This document shows, piece by piece, positions 1 through 11,601 of a DNA stretch of 64,000 nucleotides (position 1 is the first letter of the stretch; each line of letters begins with the position of its first letter). The DNA comes from Balanoglossus misakiensis. Taxonomy: Eukaryota > Animalia > Hemichordata. A program made the position numbers and the translations under genes. The notes under the pieces are model-generated. The model was not told the DNA's origin and ran no database searches. It worked only from the letters and a program-made list of their open reading frames with translations. The stretch is from contig CM082597.2 of NCBI GenBank assembly GCA_040954595.2, forward strand, positions 7,894,343-7,958,342, given 5' to 3'.

Positions 1-282
1 TGCTCTAATGTATCATGTGCAAATACTCCAAATGTCTCAGATGAAATACTGGCATAAATTATTATGTTTGAATGGTTTATGTGGTCCTGAATCGTCTAAG
101 ATTATAGAACAGCTTGACCAGGTTCACAAGGTGTAAAATTTGAGACACTATTAAAAGCAGATCTGAGATTATTTAAAGCTTACATTTTTAGCCAGTTGTA
201 GCTCATGTGGCTTTAATGCGTCTATCATGATTTGTATCACTAATGTACGTGAATGTGTTAAAGAACACCAATCATCATATAT

Positions 283-1392
283 CACTTTCCCCGATCCCTA
301 TATATGGAAGTGCTCATTAATATTTAATTATGAAAGCGCCCTCGAGGTCAGACAAGTTTTTGACCAATCAGAAAGCAGCTATTACGCTCGTAGTGTTCAA
401 GTACTTTGTCTTTTCATGCTTTTGTTCCGGGTTTTATATACCCCATGTTTCTCACTCTGTAAAACGAAATTCTGTCGGCTAAAAAACTTGCCCGCTGGTA
501 TATCGATTCTTTGACCCCGAAGCAACAAGTTTACCATTGCGACTGGATTTTCACCGTTGCTTTGAGGTTTGAGGCCGTCGTGAATCACGGCGTGGCCATG
601 GGTCCAGCCAAGCACGAAGACATTTCTCCAGGAATCACATCAGGTAGTGATACCTCAAAATGGGGACTTTTGGCGTCAATTTTGTTAGTCATTGCGGTGA
701 TAGGCGTCGGACATCGGAACATGGGTGGACGATATACACACAAGTGCGCCAATCCGTACCATGAAGCATGGACAGGGCATATGCGCTTAATGCACAGATA
801 TGTTTTTGGAAGGAAGGAAAGGTCATTAAGCCATGCAAACCAGGTACTGATCGATCAAGTGTCAATGATGTCGACATCACACTGAATAAACCCAATTGAC
901 GAACTATATAAACCAATGTAAAATATCGACGAGAATTTTATGAAGTACAAGCTTTTCCGTGTCTCCTCCGTTGTACATGCGTTCTTCTTGTATACATCGA
1001 TCGTACACAGTTTTGCTTCATGTCCATGACGTTGATCTGGACTACTACATGTGTAACGACACAGAAGGTCGGGTGCCGCTCCGTGTGTGAAAACTTCGCT
1101 TGTTATTGACAGCTAACATTTATCTAAAATTGCCAATGAGGGCTTGATCAAAGACAATAAAATAACAATGAAAACCGCTTTCCTGAATATCAGCAATCAG
1201 ATCAGAAAGACGGAGAAGAAACAGTGCACAAACACATTAAAACGTCGCGCGGCACTTGCAGTTGACTTCAGGTCATCTGACTACTCTTTAATATGCGCAC
1301 GCATTTGATTGGTCACTTCAGTAAACTTTCAGCACCTTTGACCCTATATGAATATTAATGAGCACTTCCATATATAGGGATCGGGGAGAGTG
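283..1392. mobile_element. Non-autonomous TIR DNA transposon with CACT...AGTG ends (CMC/Transib-like)
   Basis: 42-bp TIRs with 1 mismatch (cactttccccgatccctatatatggaagtgctcattaatatt at 283; reverse complement ends at 1392). TATAT flanks both sides (278-282, 1393-1397). Absent from the paralogous intron near 32810. Confidence 0.8.
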
Positions 1393-1547
1393 TATATTGC
1401 AATCTGTATTCAGCATGCAATGTTTAAAATAGCCTTTGATACGCACTCTGGAAAAACTAGTAAAGGCCCGCTTAATGAGTGGTAATGCATTATTTCTTTT
1501 CTAACAGTTTTAGTTTATTTCTTTGCTAACTAGATCCTCTTTTACAG

Positions 1548-1787
1548 ACATAGAAGATCCTATCATATCCTGTCCAGAAAGCATAGAAGCAACAACAACC
1601 CTTATGGACTCCACTGCAGTCGTCACCTGGCAACCCCCAGATGCATCTGATAATTCTGGGGATGTTTCTGTATCTGCAAGCCATGAGCCTGGAAGTAATT
1701 TTAACATTGGTGTGACTGTTGTGCGGTATATAGCTCGAGACCCTACAGGAAATAATGCTTCATGTTCATTCAGTGTGACAGTAACAG
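1548..1787 (+). CDS. HYR-domain exon (phase 1-1) of a host extracellular protein
   Basis: ttttacag| ... |gtaaat, 240 nt, open; DIEDPIISCPESIE...VTWQPPDASDNSG...FNIGVTVVRYIARDPTGNNASCSFSVTVT. Confidence 0.9.
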
Positions 1788-1833
1788 GTAAATATCCTAC
1801 CCAAGACTTACATGTTAATGTTCACTAAATCCA

Positions 1834-2235
1834 AATTAACAATTGAAAGAACAAAGTGGAACAACACCAGAGCTTGGCTGTCTGAGGCGGGAACACCTCG
1901 TTTATTACAGGTGACCCGCAAAAATGGCCACAAAATCGACTTAATACAAAACTGTATCATAGGAAGCATATGTAACACGTGGCTAATGTATAACAAGTAC
2001 ATGAACCCATGGAAAGGGTGGGCGGGTGTGGTTGCGAACGCAGGCTAACCCGTCTTGAAGTTTGATGTCAAAGGTCACAACACTTAAACTTAATTACTCC
2101 CTTTGAGGGCGCTCCACTCGCTCCCCCAAAGGGTCACAATTAACTATTGAAAGAACAAAAGTGGAACAACACCAGAGCTTGGCTGTCTGAGGCGGGAACA
2201 CCTCGTTTATTACAGGTGACCCGCAAAAATGGCCA
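1834..2235 (-). repeat. Split direct repeats (B1-A2-B2) at the 3' end of the Ngaro element
   Basis: About 97-bp near-identical direct repeats at 1834-1930 and 2138-2235, separated by about 207 bp, just downstream of the YR stop. Confidence 0.8.
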
Positions 2236-2324
2236 AGGATGAAAGACGGCCAAGCTCTGAACACGCCAATTTGTAAAAGTAGCATGCAGAAGGCAAATTA
2301 CATGTGGCAAACAAGAAAAGACAA

Positions 2325-3354
2325 TCAACCCTCGAAAGAGCGCAAAAAACCATTAATGCGTTCTGAAACCTCAACCCTTTTTGAAAATGGTATCTCCAGA
2401 TACAAAAGGTAAGCCCCAGATTTCCAGTCCCCATGACTTTGTACAAGCTCCCCACAAACATTTGCTGAAAAAGCAGCTGTGGCACCCCCTCTGCGAAAAC
2501 TGTGGCCAGAAAAGGACCGTGATGGGTAACCGGCTGTATCCAGTAGAGACCGGAGTTTAGTTGTGAAACTATGGTGGGTTAATGTTAACAACCCTGACCT
2601 GCCGGGGTAAACAAATGCTGGGCTTGCCATAGGGGCAGGGATGGCGCTGGTCATCTGGCGTAAAGCAGTAACTAGATACAGTGGTGAACCTGGCATTTGT
2701 AAGATTGGAACTGATTGGATTGTGGCCTGACACTGGTTGGTTTTAGACCATGTGGTAGCGATAACAACTCCAACTGATGTGAATTTGAAGTTGCGACGGG
2801 CTAGGTGTTTAGATGGGTCAAATTTATTTGGGCTCGGGGGAACCAAGTTAGACTTGCGCAAGAATAAATGGAAGGCCGTGAGAAAGGCTGACCAAAGTGT
2901 GGTGTCCAACGGCTTTGACAAATCCAAAAACTTGTAAAGGGTAAGCAAGATAGAAGGCGTGATGGCTAATTTGCATTTGGGAACTTGAGGGTAGGTGTGT
3001 GCGATGCCCTGCAAAGTTAAACGTAAAAACAGATGGTGAACCACTTGCCCGTCAAAACCATTCAACTCGTGTAGCAGGCGAACTGCATTAAGGTAGTTTT
3101 TCAAGGTACCAACATTTCTAATTGTTGCTGATAAACACTGAACGAACAAAGACAAACTGGTTGGGGAGGCAGGAACTGGCTTCAAACCATAGAAAATGCA
3201 AAACAGGAAGTAAGTCTTCCACTGCGAGTGAAAATTTGAAATTGTCCCATGTGCATAAGCAGCGGAAATGGTAGAGGTCTACTTTCGGTGGAATATTCTT
3301 AATCCTTTGTTGAAGACTTCTGCTCCTGTGAAAAATGGAGAAAATACCAGTCAT
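2325..3354 (-). CDS. Tyrosine recombinase of the Ngaro element (N-terminus probably disrupted)
   Basis: Catalytic motifs FLRKSNL (R), HSFRRGGAT (HxxR), HGDWKSGAYLLY (W/Y). Confidence 0.9.
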
Positions 3355-4361
3355 GAGTGAAATTGAATAATGTGCTGTCGACGTACTTTTCTGTCAATTG
3401 TTTAGCCCCTGTCAATTCTATGAATTTGGCATGGCTACGATCATCGGTGTCCCAGTGGCTAAGTATGTCTGCAATACGATTAGAAGCGCCGCTGACATGT
3501 ACTGCCTTGATTTGAAACTGATATTGGGCAGCAACGAACCATATTTGCCTTGCGCATTTCAACATGAGGGGATCTCTCGTACGACGGGAGTTAAGGACGT
3601 GAACGGTGGCTTCGTTATCACACTGAATGATAAATTGTCTGCCCGTTAGTTGAGTGGCCCACAGTTTACATGCAACCATTACAGTCAAGAATTCTAGAAT
3701 GCTGATGTGGTGTTCTTTGTCACGAATGGTTTGGGGAAATTGGCAAATACTCATCCAGAAAGGTGCCACCAGCCCCTAGTAAGCATGCATCTGCAGTTGT
3801 GAGAAATTGGTCTGGGAACCCCCAATCCCCAGTGGGTAACATTGATATACCATTGAAATGCTCTAGGTATGAGGTCCACCACAGAATATCTTTTTTGAAC
3901 TCGGCATTGATATGGAAACGATGATGTTGACGTCGCAGCGTGCGCAACTTGTCTAATAACCTTGAGATAAAGACCCGCCCTGGCCTGACGCAACCTGCCA
4001 GAAAGGCCAGTTTACCGATCAGGGACTGTAATTCTCTTTTATTAGACCGTTTCCTAGACAACCACATGGGGAGGTACTGTTTAGTTTCTTCAAGTTTCTG
4101 CTGTGGCACACTCATAGTCATGTCGATAGTGTTGAATTGCCGACCCAGGAAGGTCATTACTGGGGACGGGGAACAAGCTTTTCCCGGTGATTCATCAAGA
4201 CCAAGCGCAATAAGTAAATTGCCCAACTGAGTGAATGCAAAATCAGCCTTATCGACTGATTCCGCACCAGCAAAATCTTCTAAATAATTCACACAATCGC
4301 TTCCCTCCTGTTGTGATATATACCGGACTGCATTGGTAGTACGCTGGCATGCAATGGAGGC
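3299..4361 (-). pseudogene. Ngaro RT C-terminal half plus RNase H, frameshifted; catalytic YLDD reads YLED
   Basis: NYLEDFAG, MTFLG, ELQSLIGKL, TADACLLGAG, HISILEFL, QCDNEATV, HVSGASNRIADILS. Confidence 0.88.
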
Positions 4362-4752
4362 TGTTACGTTTAGCCGGTTCGCTCAGGATTTTCTATATAG
4401 GGTAAATCAGACAGCCTGGGGCGACACTGGATTGTGAAATAAACAGCAACGATTTAATGCTCACCACTCAATACAAAACTGCTGGGAGGGAGGCAGCGGA
4501 TGATGGTGTGTTGTACGATGGCTCTCAAACAATGTTTGTTATGTCTTTAGATCTGTTCTCCTCCGAGTCTATTGATCGATTGTGTACGAGGCAGCCATGT
4601 TTGTCCGGTCTCCGCCAGCCTACCCACAATTCCGGAGTTTATGCATGCAAGTACTGGGTGCCCCAGCGCCATCTACGGCAAAGCCTGACTAATCTTTCTT
4701 TTATATGTGTCAATAAGCAATAGGTGTAATGGTTCGCACGGTCCGCATCACA
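4362..4752 (-). repeat. 3' LTR of Gypsy element 1
   Basis: About 7 substitutions versus the 5' LTR; polypurine tract aggagggggcag adjoins it on the minus strand. Confidence 0.95.
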
Positions 4753-4899
4753 CTGCCCCCTCCTAAAAAAGAGTTATCTGTCCCCAGATAACATTACAAC
4801 AAGCAACTAGAAATAGCAGAACAAGTAATAAACAATGAAACTCTGGTAGGTCCAAAAAAATTGTCAACAGGGCAAATATCGCCTGATCAGGCATGTCCT

Positions 4900-6144
4900 T
4901 TACAGCTCCTCAACGAGACGTCTTGGAGGTTTCCGTGGTCTTCTACTTCGACGCATGCCTTCGGCGCTCACAGCACTCCCATCTGCCTCCAAAGCATGGG
5001 TAAGTTTTGAGTCCTCTTCAACGGACACATCAATGCCAGAATCCTCCAAGGCGTTGTTAGCATCTGGTTGCAGATGTGCAGTCGTGGGCCCATCCAGTGC
5101 GGACTCTGAAATGCTGCCACTAATATCAGCTTCGTCAGCAGGCAATTCCTCCATGCAGACATCAGGTCCTCTGCTCTCATTAGGCTGTAGCCAGTCGGCT
5201 CTCCAGACACCTGTGTACTTCCACAGTCGGTCCCTATGGACGATCTTGGGTTTGGCACGAGGCCCTCTCTGGATTCTATACACAAGATCGTTTATGCAGT
5301 CAACAACACCATATGGGCCCTCCCATGGTTTTGCGAGCTTCGGCGAAAGGCCTTTCTTATGCTGTGGGTTATATAACCAGACACCGTCGCCTCGTTGAAG
5401 CTTTGGTTGCCCTGCCCTGGTATCGTATCGGCGCTTCACTCTGTCACTGCTCCTCTTGATGTTGTCTCTGGCAAATGAGTGAACATTTTGCATTCGGTCT
5501 TGCAATACTCCGACATACACACCATGAGACTCAGTTTCCTCCTCTGGACGACCATATACCAGATCTACTGTAAGTTTCATCTCTCTCCCCAGCATCATCA
5601 TGGACGGGGTGAAACCGGTAGTCTCATGGACTGCAGTTCTGTAGCTCATCAGGAGGAGAGGCAGATGTTCATCCCAAGTTTCCTGGTGGTCCTCGACAAA
5701 TATCGCCAACTGATTCTCAATGGTCCTGTTGTAGCGTTCCACCATTCCGTCTGACTGGGGGTGCAGTGGGGTCGTCCTCGTCTTTTGTATCCCAAGAAGC
5801 CCGCACATTTGCTGGAACACAGCTGCCTCGAAGTTTCGGCCTTGGTCAGAGTGTAATTCCAGAGGAACACCAAAACGACTCACAAACTCACCAACTACCT
5901 TCCTCGCTACTGTTACTGCTTCCTGATTTGGTATCGCAAAACCCTCTGGCCACTTGCTGAAGTAGTCCATGGCGATGAGAATGAACCGATTTCCTCTTGG
6001 CGTCTCAGGAAGGGGACCGAGGACATCGATGGCCAACCTTTCCATGGGCGCGCCCACATTGTATATGCCGAGTGGCGCGTGCTTCTTATGATATGGCCCT
6101 TTCCGTCTGGCACACTGCTCACACTTCTTGCACCAAAGTTCCAC
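4900..6144 (-). CDS. Gypsy integrase (rve core, GPY-like motif), separated from pol by a frameshift near 6150-6175
   Basis: CEQC, LAIDVLGP, LHSDQGRNFE, PQSDGMVERYNRT, WEGPY. Confidence 0.93.
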   Translation of the reverse strand: MELWCKKCEQCARRKGPYHKKHAPLGIYNVGAPMERLAIDVLGPLPETPRGNRFILIAMDYFSKWPEGFAIPNQEAVTVARKVVGEFVSRFGVPLELHSDQGRNFEAAVFQQMCGLLGIQKTRTTPLHPQSDGMVERYNRTIENQLAIFVEDHQETWDEHLPLLLMSYRTAVHETTGFTPSMMMLGREMKLTVDLVYGRPEEETESHGVYVGVLQDRMQNVHSFARDNIKRSSDRVKRRYDTRAGQPKLQRGDGVWLYNPQHKKGLSPKLAKPWEGPYGVVDCINDLVYRIQRGPRAKPKIVHRDRLWKYTGVWRADWLQPNESRGPDVCMEELPADEADISGSISESALDGPTTAHLQPDANNALEDSGIDVSVEEDSKLTHALEADGSAVSAEGMRRSRRPRKPPRRLVEEL

Positions 6145-6171
6145 AGACTGTCGACACCCTACCCAGTAAAA

Positions 6172-8921
6172 TCAATCACTCACGCGAGACAACATCTTCT
6201 TGACAGACCAATGTCCTCCTGTACGGGTATCGTGCAACTGCTCAAGAACTTCTTGCTGTCTGGCTTTGGGTAGTATCAGTTGTCTCTGGATAATACCACC
6301 CTCTGGCTTCTCCCATCGGCGATAGAGTACACCCTGGGACAGTTCAAGAGAATCCCATTGCGACCAGTATGCTTTGGTGGCGGGGCCATATGGGGACACT
6401 ACACTCCATTTGGGACGCTCTCTTGAGTTATCCATCCACAACAGGATCGGCCTGATATCAGGATCCTCTAACTGGGCCTCACGGAGGTCTGATTTCTTCT
6501 CCTTGTCAGCATCATGAGACTCATGTTTCGCTTCTACCTTCCTGGCCACAGAGCTCCCACCCCCACCGTACGGTTTCTCAGGCAGCTGTCTCAGCGACCT
6601 CTCATTCTGTTGTTCACGTCCTTCTTGCCTATCACAATATTTGCATGAGTTTCCACATGGTCTGCGAGACAGGCCGTCAGCATTGAGATGGCTCCGTCCT
6701 GCCCTATGCTGGATAAGGAAGTCATACTCCTGGAGTTTCTGGAGCCACCTAGCTGTCTGCCCCTCTGGACTGTGAAACTTCATAAGCCATTGTAGCGCTG
6801 AGTGGTCTGTTCTCACAGTAAACCTCCTGCCATAGAGATAGTGGTGGAAATGGTCGACCGCCTTAACCACAGCCAGTAGTTCTTTGCGAGTAACACAGTA
6901 TCGCTGCTCAGGCCCATGTAGCACACTGCTGTAGTACGATAGCACACGCTCTTCTCCATCCTGTTGTCGTTGGGAGAGGACTGCCCCTATTGCACCCTCA
7001 CTGGCATCCGTGTCGACAATCAGGGGTCCATCCGGCTGAGGGAAACCAAGAACTGGAGCGGACGTCAACTTCTGCTTCAAGACATTAAATGCCGTCTCGC
7101 AATCCGCAGTCCAAGAAAACCTGTGGCCCTTCTGTGTGAGTCGGTGCAGGGGTCTAGCTATTTCAGCAAATGATGCCACAAACCTGCGGTAATATGAACA
7201 AAACCCAAGGAATGCTCGGACTTCCTTAACATTGGATGGAGTTGGCCATGTGGACACTTCCTCCGTCTTCTCCGCATCAGTCGCCACACCAGCTTCGCTT
7301 ACAACATGTCCTAGGAAAGCCACTTGACGTCTGAACAGCTCACACTTCTTGGGACTGAGCTTCAGCCTAGCTTTCCGCAAACGGTTCATGACCTGTTTCA
7401 AGTGGCTCATCTCCTCATCGAAGCTCTTCCCGTGCATGATGATGTCGTCAAGATAGACCAAAACCACAGTCCATGGCAGACCTCTCAGCACCTGCTCCAT
7501 CAGCCTCTCAAACGTGGCAGGCGCGTTACATAATCCGAAAGGCATCACAACGAACTGCCACAAACCACTTCCTGCGGTAAAACTGGTCTTCTCCCGATCT
7601 TCCTCAGCCACTTCGACCTGCCAGTACCCGCTCTTAAGATCCAGGGTGGAAAACCAGGAGGAGCCCGCTAGAGAATCAAGAGTTGCGTCAATTCTGGGCA
7701 GTGGGTATGAGTCCTTCCGGGTAACCTCGTTTAACCTCCTATAGTCCACACAGAAACGCGTTGATCCGTCTTTCTTTCTAACTAACACGATAGACGATGC
7801 CCACGGGCTCTTTGACGGCTCTATAACTCCCTCTGCATACATCTTGTCAATCTCCGACAAGGCTTCAGCTTGTTTCACGGGCGGCAGTCTCCTTGGTCGC
7901 TGTCTGATAGGTGCTGCGTTTCCGGTGTGTATTGTGTGCTCAACGATATCTGTTTTACCAAGGTCCTTACTGCCCTTGGAGAACACATCCTGAAATTCTT
8001 TCAGGAATTTCCTCAAAGAATCACATTGTTCTCGAGAAAGTCCATTGCAGCTTCGGTGATATAGATCCTCTAAATAGTCTGGCATCCTAGATTGGTTCCT
8101 GTCAGCAACGGGGTCCTCCACCGGCACAGACCCTCCATCTGGTGCCTCCACACTGCAGACAGTCTCAACAGATCCCAATGTATTGCCTTTCCTCAGTGTT
8201 CTCCTTTGCTGAGTTACAGTCATCAGCCGCACTGGAACGCAATCGCCACTGGTATCAACCAAAGTCTTCCCAACAACAACGCCCTTACAGCTGAAACTCT
8301 TCCCAGGTTCTACCAATCCCCAGCCACTGTGCCGCTTAGGTCCGGTCATTCGGCCTTGTATGATTGCTTTGCTCATAGGTGGAATAGTGACATTCCTATC
8401 GACCACCACTCTGCATAAAGTGAACTCCTCTTGAGTCATTGCTGCCCTAGCTGGCTGATCAAAGGGGACATCTTCATTACCAATCCGCAAACATCTGTGT
8501 ATCAGGTCTGGCGTACTGTTGTGCTGCGCGAAGAAATCAGTGCCAAGGAGAACATCATCTGAAATGTCAGCTACCCATACATTATGGTGTACAATGGTTT
8601 TGCCAAGTTGAATGGGCAGTAATCCACGTCCCTTCACAGGTGATGTACCACCGCAGGCTATCTTTATGTAGACCTTGTCTGTAAGTGTGATTGTTGGCGG
8701 TAACTTTCTCTGCCGCATAAGTACATCAGTCTTTATGATAGTCGCGTCAAACCCGGTGTCCAGCACAATCTTACAGGGAACGCCATCAACAAAACCGCGT
8801 ACTATGGGCGTAAGGTCAGGTCCAGACACATGGCCTGCGCGAATGATAACATCAGGGGCAATGTCCTTATCAATAATGCCAGCTGAGTTCTGCCCGCGAA
8901 CCCAGCTCCTACTCGTTTCCC
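6172..8921 (-). CDS. Gypsy pol: aspartic protease, RT (YLDD intact), RNase H, integrase Zn-finger start
   Basis: VLDTGFD, FCVDYRRLN, LDLKSGYWQ, MPFGLCNAPATF, YLDDII, VDTDAS, NADGLSR. Confidence 0.95.
8881..8921 (-). promoter_or_regulatory. -1 ribosomal frameshift signal between gag and pol
   Basis: Minus strand G GGA AAC (8921-8915) just before the gag stop, followed after 7 nt by the stem agctgggttc-gcgggca-gaactcagct. Confidence 0.75.
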
Positions 8922-10497
8922 GAAACAGTTGTTGGCACCGCTGAATCACGCTTTTCCTTTGGGCAGTCTCTAGCAAAGTGGCCCACCTGGTCACAATTCC
9001 AGCATTTCTTGTCCTTCGAGGGCTGGTTCTTTCTACGCACTGGTCCACTGGGCCTAGCCTCCAGCTCGTCCATTACCTTTTGTAGCATCTGGCTAATGTG
9101 TCCAAATAACTGGCCGGTTTCATCACGATCTGCTGCCACATTGGAATCACTTTTGTCAGGGGTGCAGGTCCTTCGTACGAGGTCATCACTGTGGGTATTG
9201 CGTCCCCTAGTCTTACTTGCGATCAAAAAGGACTCCAACTCCAATGATTTTTCGGTTTGGCTTGTCTCAGGCGTAGCCGCATATCGTCGTCATTCACCAC
9301 ATCAACAAACTGGTCGCACGCCAGGTCATCCTGTAATTCGCTAGACATGGTCGGATATGCCAATCTTACCAATCGCTCAATGTCACCAGCCAACTCAGGT
9401 AGACTTTCCCCCTTGCGTTTCACCCTATTCTCAAAACGGACACGGGAGAGGTCAGTCTGGTGCGCCGTACCATATCCAGCCGACAATGCCGCCACCAAGG
9501 ACTGGTAGTCTTGACGTTTCTGCCCAGGTAGGTTACTTAAAACGGTTAGGGCAGGTCCTTTAAGATTAGATGCCAGATACAGTGCTTGCTGGTGTTCATT
9601 CCAACCATTCATCTGTGCCACCAGCTCGAACTGCGCCTGATACGCCTCCCATGTGGTCGATCCATCGAACGCCGTTGGCCTCTGAAGTGGTTTGCTGGCA
9701 TTATTAAAGGAGCTGCAAAGTGCTGATTCCGCCTGGCGAATTGGAGTACCCACCGGCCTTGGGGCAGAAATGTCCAAGGGGATTGGCTTTGACATGAACT
9801 GGGGACTGCCACTAGAGGGCGCCATCACCAATGGGGTAGATGTGTGTTGCATGGCACGTCCATATTTCCCCTGGGACTCAGGATCCATAGCAGGCTGTGG
9901 CCCTTTAACGTCAAATGTTTCCTCCAATCCACACATTCTTTTCTCAACCCTCTCCTGATTAAAGGCGACATCCTGCCTTAGCTTTAATTGTTCATCACTC
10001 ATTCTCTTCATCTGATCTCTCATTTCTTGTACCGTAGCTGTCACTGCAAGCATGCTTTTCTCCGTCTTTTCAACTCTCGCATTTGTGGCTTCATGTCGCT
10101 GTATTACTTCGCTCATCCCTCTACTCATTTCATGTTGTGATGTTAACACTGTCTGGAAATAGCTTGTAAAATCTTCCCGCATACTGTTAATGCTATCACT
10201 GGACTGGCTTTGACTCATTTGCTGGGCAGCAATGAAATCATCCCACCTTTGTTTCTGGTCTGCGTTCATGTCCAACAGAATCTGTCCCGTCGGAGCTTTG
10301 GACAACTCAACCCCCGATGCGTGGGTAGGCTGGACGCTTTCTACATCAGCTGGCTGTATGTCACTCTCTATCAATGTGACCTCTGGAAGCAGCAACTGTG
10401 TGGCGTCACATGTTTCTCCCATACCAGAATCCACAGCGGGTTTGTCAAAACCACCAGCCTGTCCCTTGAACATAATTTCGTGGCTATCCTCCATCAT
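8909..10497 (-). CDS. Gypsy gag (coiled coil, capsid, CCHC knuckle), broken by a frameshift near 9240
   Basis: FDGSTTWEAYQAQFELVAQMNGW capsid motif in ORF 9223-10497; CWNCDQVGHFARDC in ORF 8909-9244. Confidence 0.9.
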
Positions 10498-10522
10498 CTC
10501 AGTTTGTCCGAAATTATAGAAA

Positions 10523-10540
10523 ATCCCACTTCTGACACCA
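10523..10540 (-). other. Primer-binding site, tRNA-Leu type
   Basis: TGGTGTCAGAAGTGGGAT one base inside the 5' LTR; complementary to a tRNA-Leu 3' end (..ATCCCACTTCTGACACCA). Confidence 0.85.
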
Positions 10541-10541
10541 A

Positions 10542-10932
10542 TGTTACGTTTAGCCGCTTCGCTCAGGATTTTCTATATAGGGTAAATCAGAAAGCCTGGG
10601 ACGACACTGGATTGTGAAATAAACAGCAACGATTTAATGCTCACCACTCAATACAAAACTGCTGGGAGGGAGGCAGCGGATGATGGTGTGTTGTACGATG
10701 GCTCTCAAACAATGTTTGTTATGTCTTTAGATCTGTTCTCCTCCGAGTCTATTGATTGATTGTGTACGAGGCAGCCATGTTTGTCCGGTCTCCGCCAGCC
10801 TACCCACAATTCCGGAGTTTATGCTTGCAAGTACTGGGTGCCCCAGCGCCATCTACGGCAAAGCCTGACTAATCTTTCTTTTATATGTGTCGATAAGCAA
10901 TAGGTGTAATGGTTCGCACGGTCTGCATCACA
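10542..10932 (-). repeat. 5' LTR of Gypsy element 1
   Basis: Direct repeat of 4362-4752. Confidence 0.95.
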
Positions 10933-11349
10933 GAGGCCATTCGTAACCCAAAGGGCAATTTAGTGTCAAAGAAAATCATTTCTCTCCACCTGTACCCCAA
11001 TAGGAAATAGTCGTGCGGATCGACAGGAATTTGGCAGTAAGCCCATTTCAAATCACGCTTGTAAAGTAGACAACCAGGGACTTTTATTCTGATAAGCTTA
11101 GTGAGATCATCGACGCCAGGGTAAGTCAAGGAAAAAGGCCCGTCCAAATAGAAATCAGAAGGTATCCCATCATTCACTGAGTGGCCGATAGGGAAACTCA
11201 GATCGATAACCACCCGCCGATCCGGCGAATCCTTCTTGTCAACAGTTTGAAGCGGTGATAACATAAGAGGTTTGTCAAAGGGATTGTCGTGAAAGGGCCC
11301 GACTGAACCGCCTAGGGCTACCTCCTTAGAGATATATCTGTCTACATGA
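10933..11349 (-). pseudogene. Ngaro RT N-terminal segment
   Basis: SPLQTVDKKDSPDRRVVIDLSFP...LYKRDLKWAY...DTKLPFGLRMAS, which continues as IACQRTTNAVRY beyond the Gypsy TSD. Confidence 0.9.
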
Positions 11350-11601
11350 AGATGAGTTCCATTTTTTATTGGTATGCCCAGTATATCAGTGTATTAGAGA
11401 GAGATTTATCCCAAAATTCTTCTATGACACACCCCATGAGTGGAAATTTACTTTATTACTTCAGTCAAACAAACCATACATAGTACAAAATCTTGCCAGA
11501 TACATCTTTTATGCTTTTAAACAGCGACATAAACTCCTGGATGATGATCCAGAGTAAAACTGTACGAGGAACGAACCCTCAAGCGACTGTAAATTTTGAT
11601 A

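Larger units (their letters stand above)
4362..10932 (-). mobile_element. Full-length Ty3/Gypsy LTR retrotransposon inserted in the Ngaro RT
   Basis: 391-bp TG...CA LTRs at 4362-4752 and 10542-10932; 5-bp TSD GAGGC (4357-4361, 10933-10937); PBS and PPT present; gag-PR-RT-RH-IN order. Confidence 0.97.

Noticed and set aside
511-885. 124-aa ORF inside the CACT element
   Set aside because: No transposase or other recognisable motif.
2325-3185. Phage integrase or bacterial contamination
   Set aside because: The YR is linked to RT/RNase H/gag and split direct repeats, inside a spliceosomal intron.
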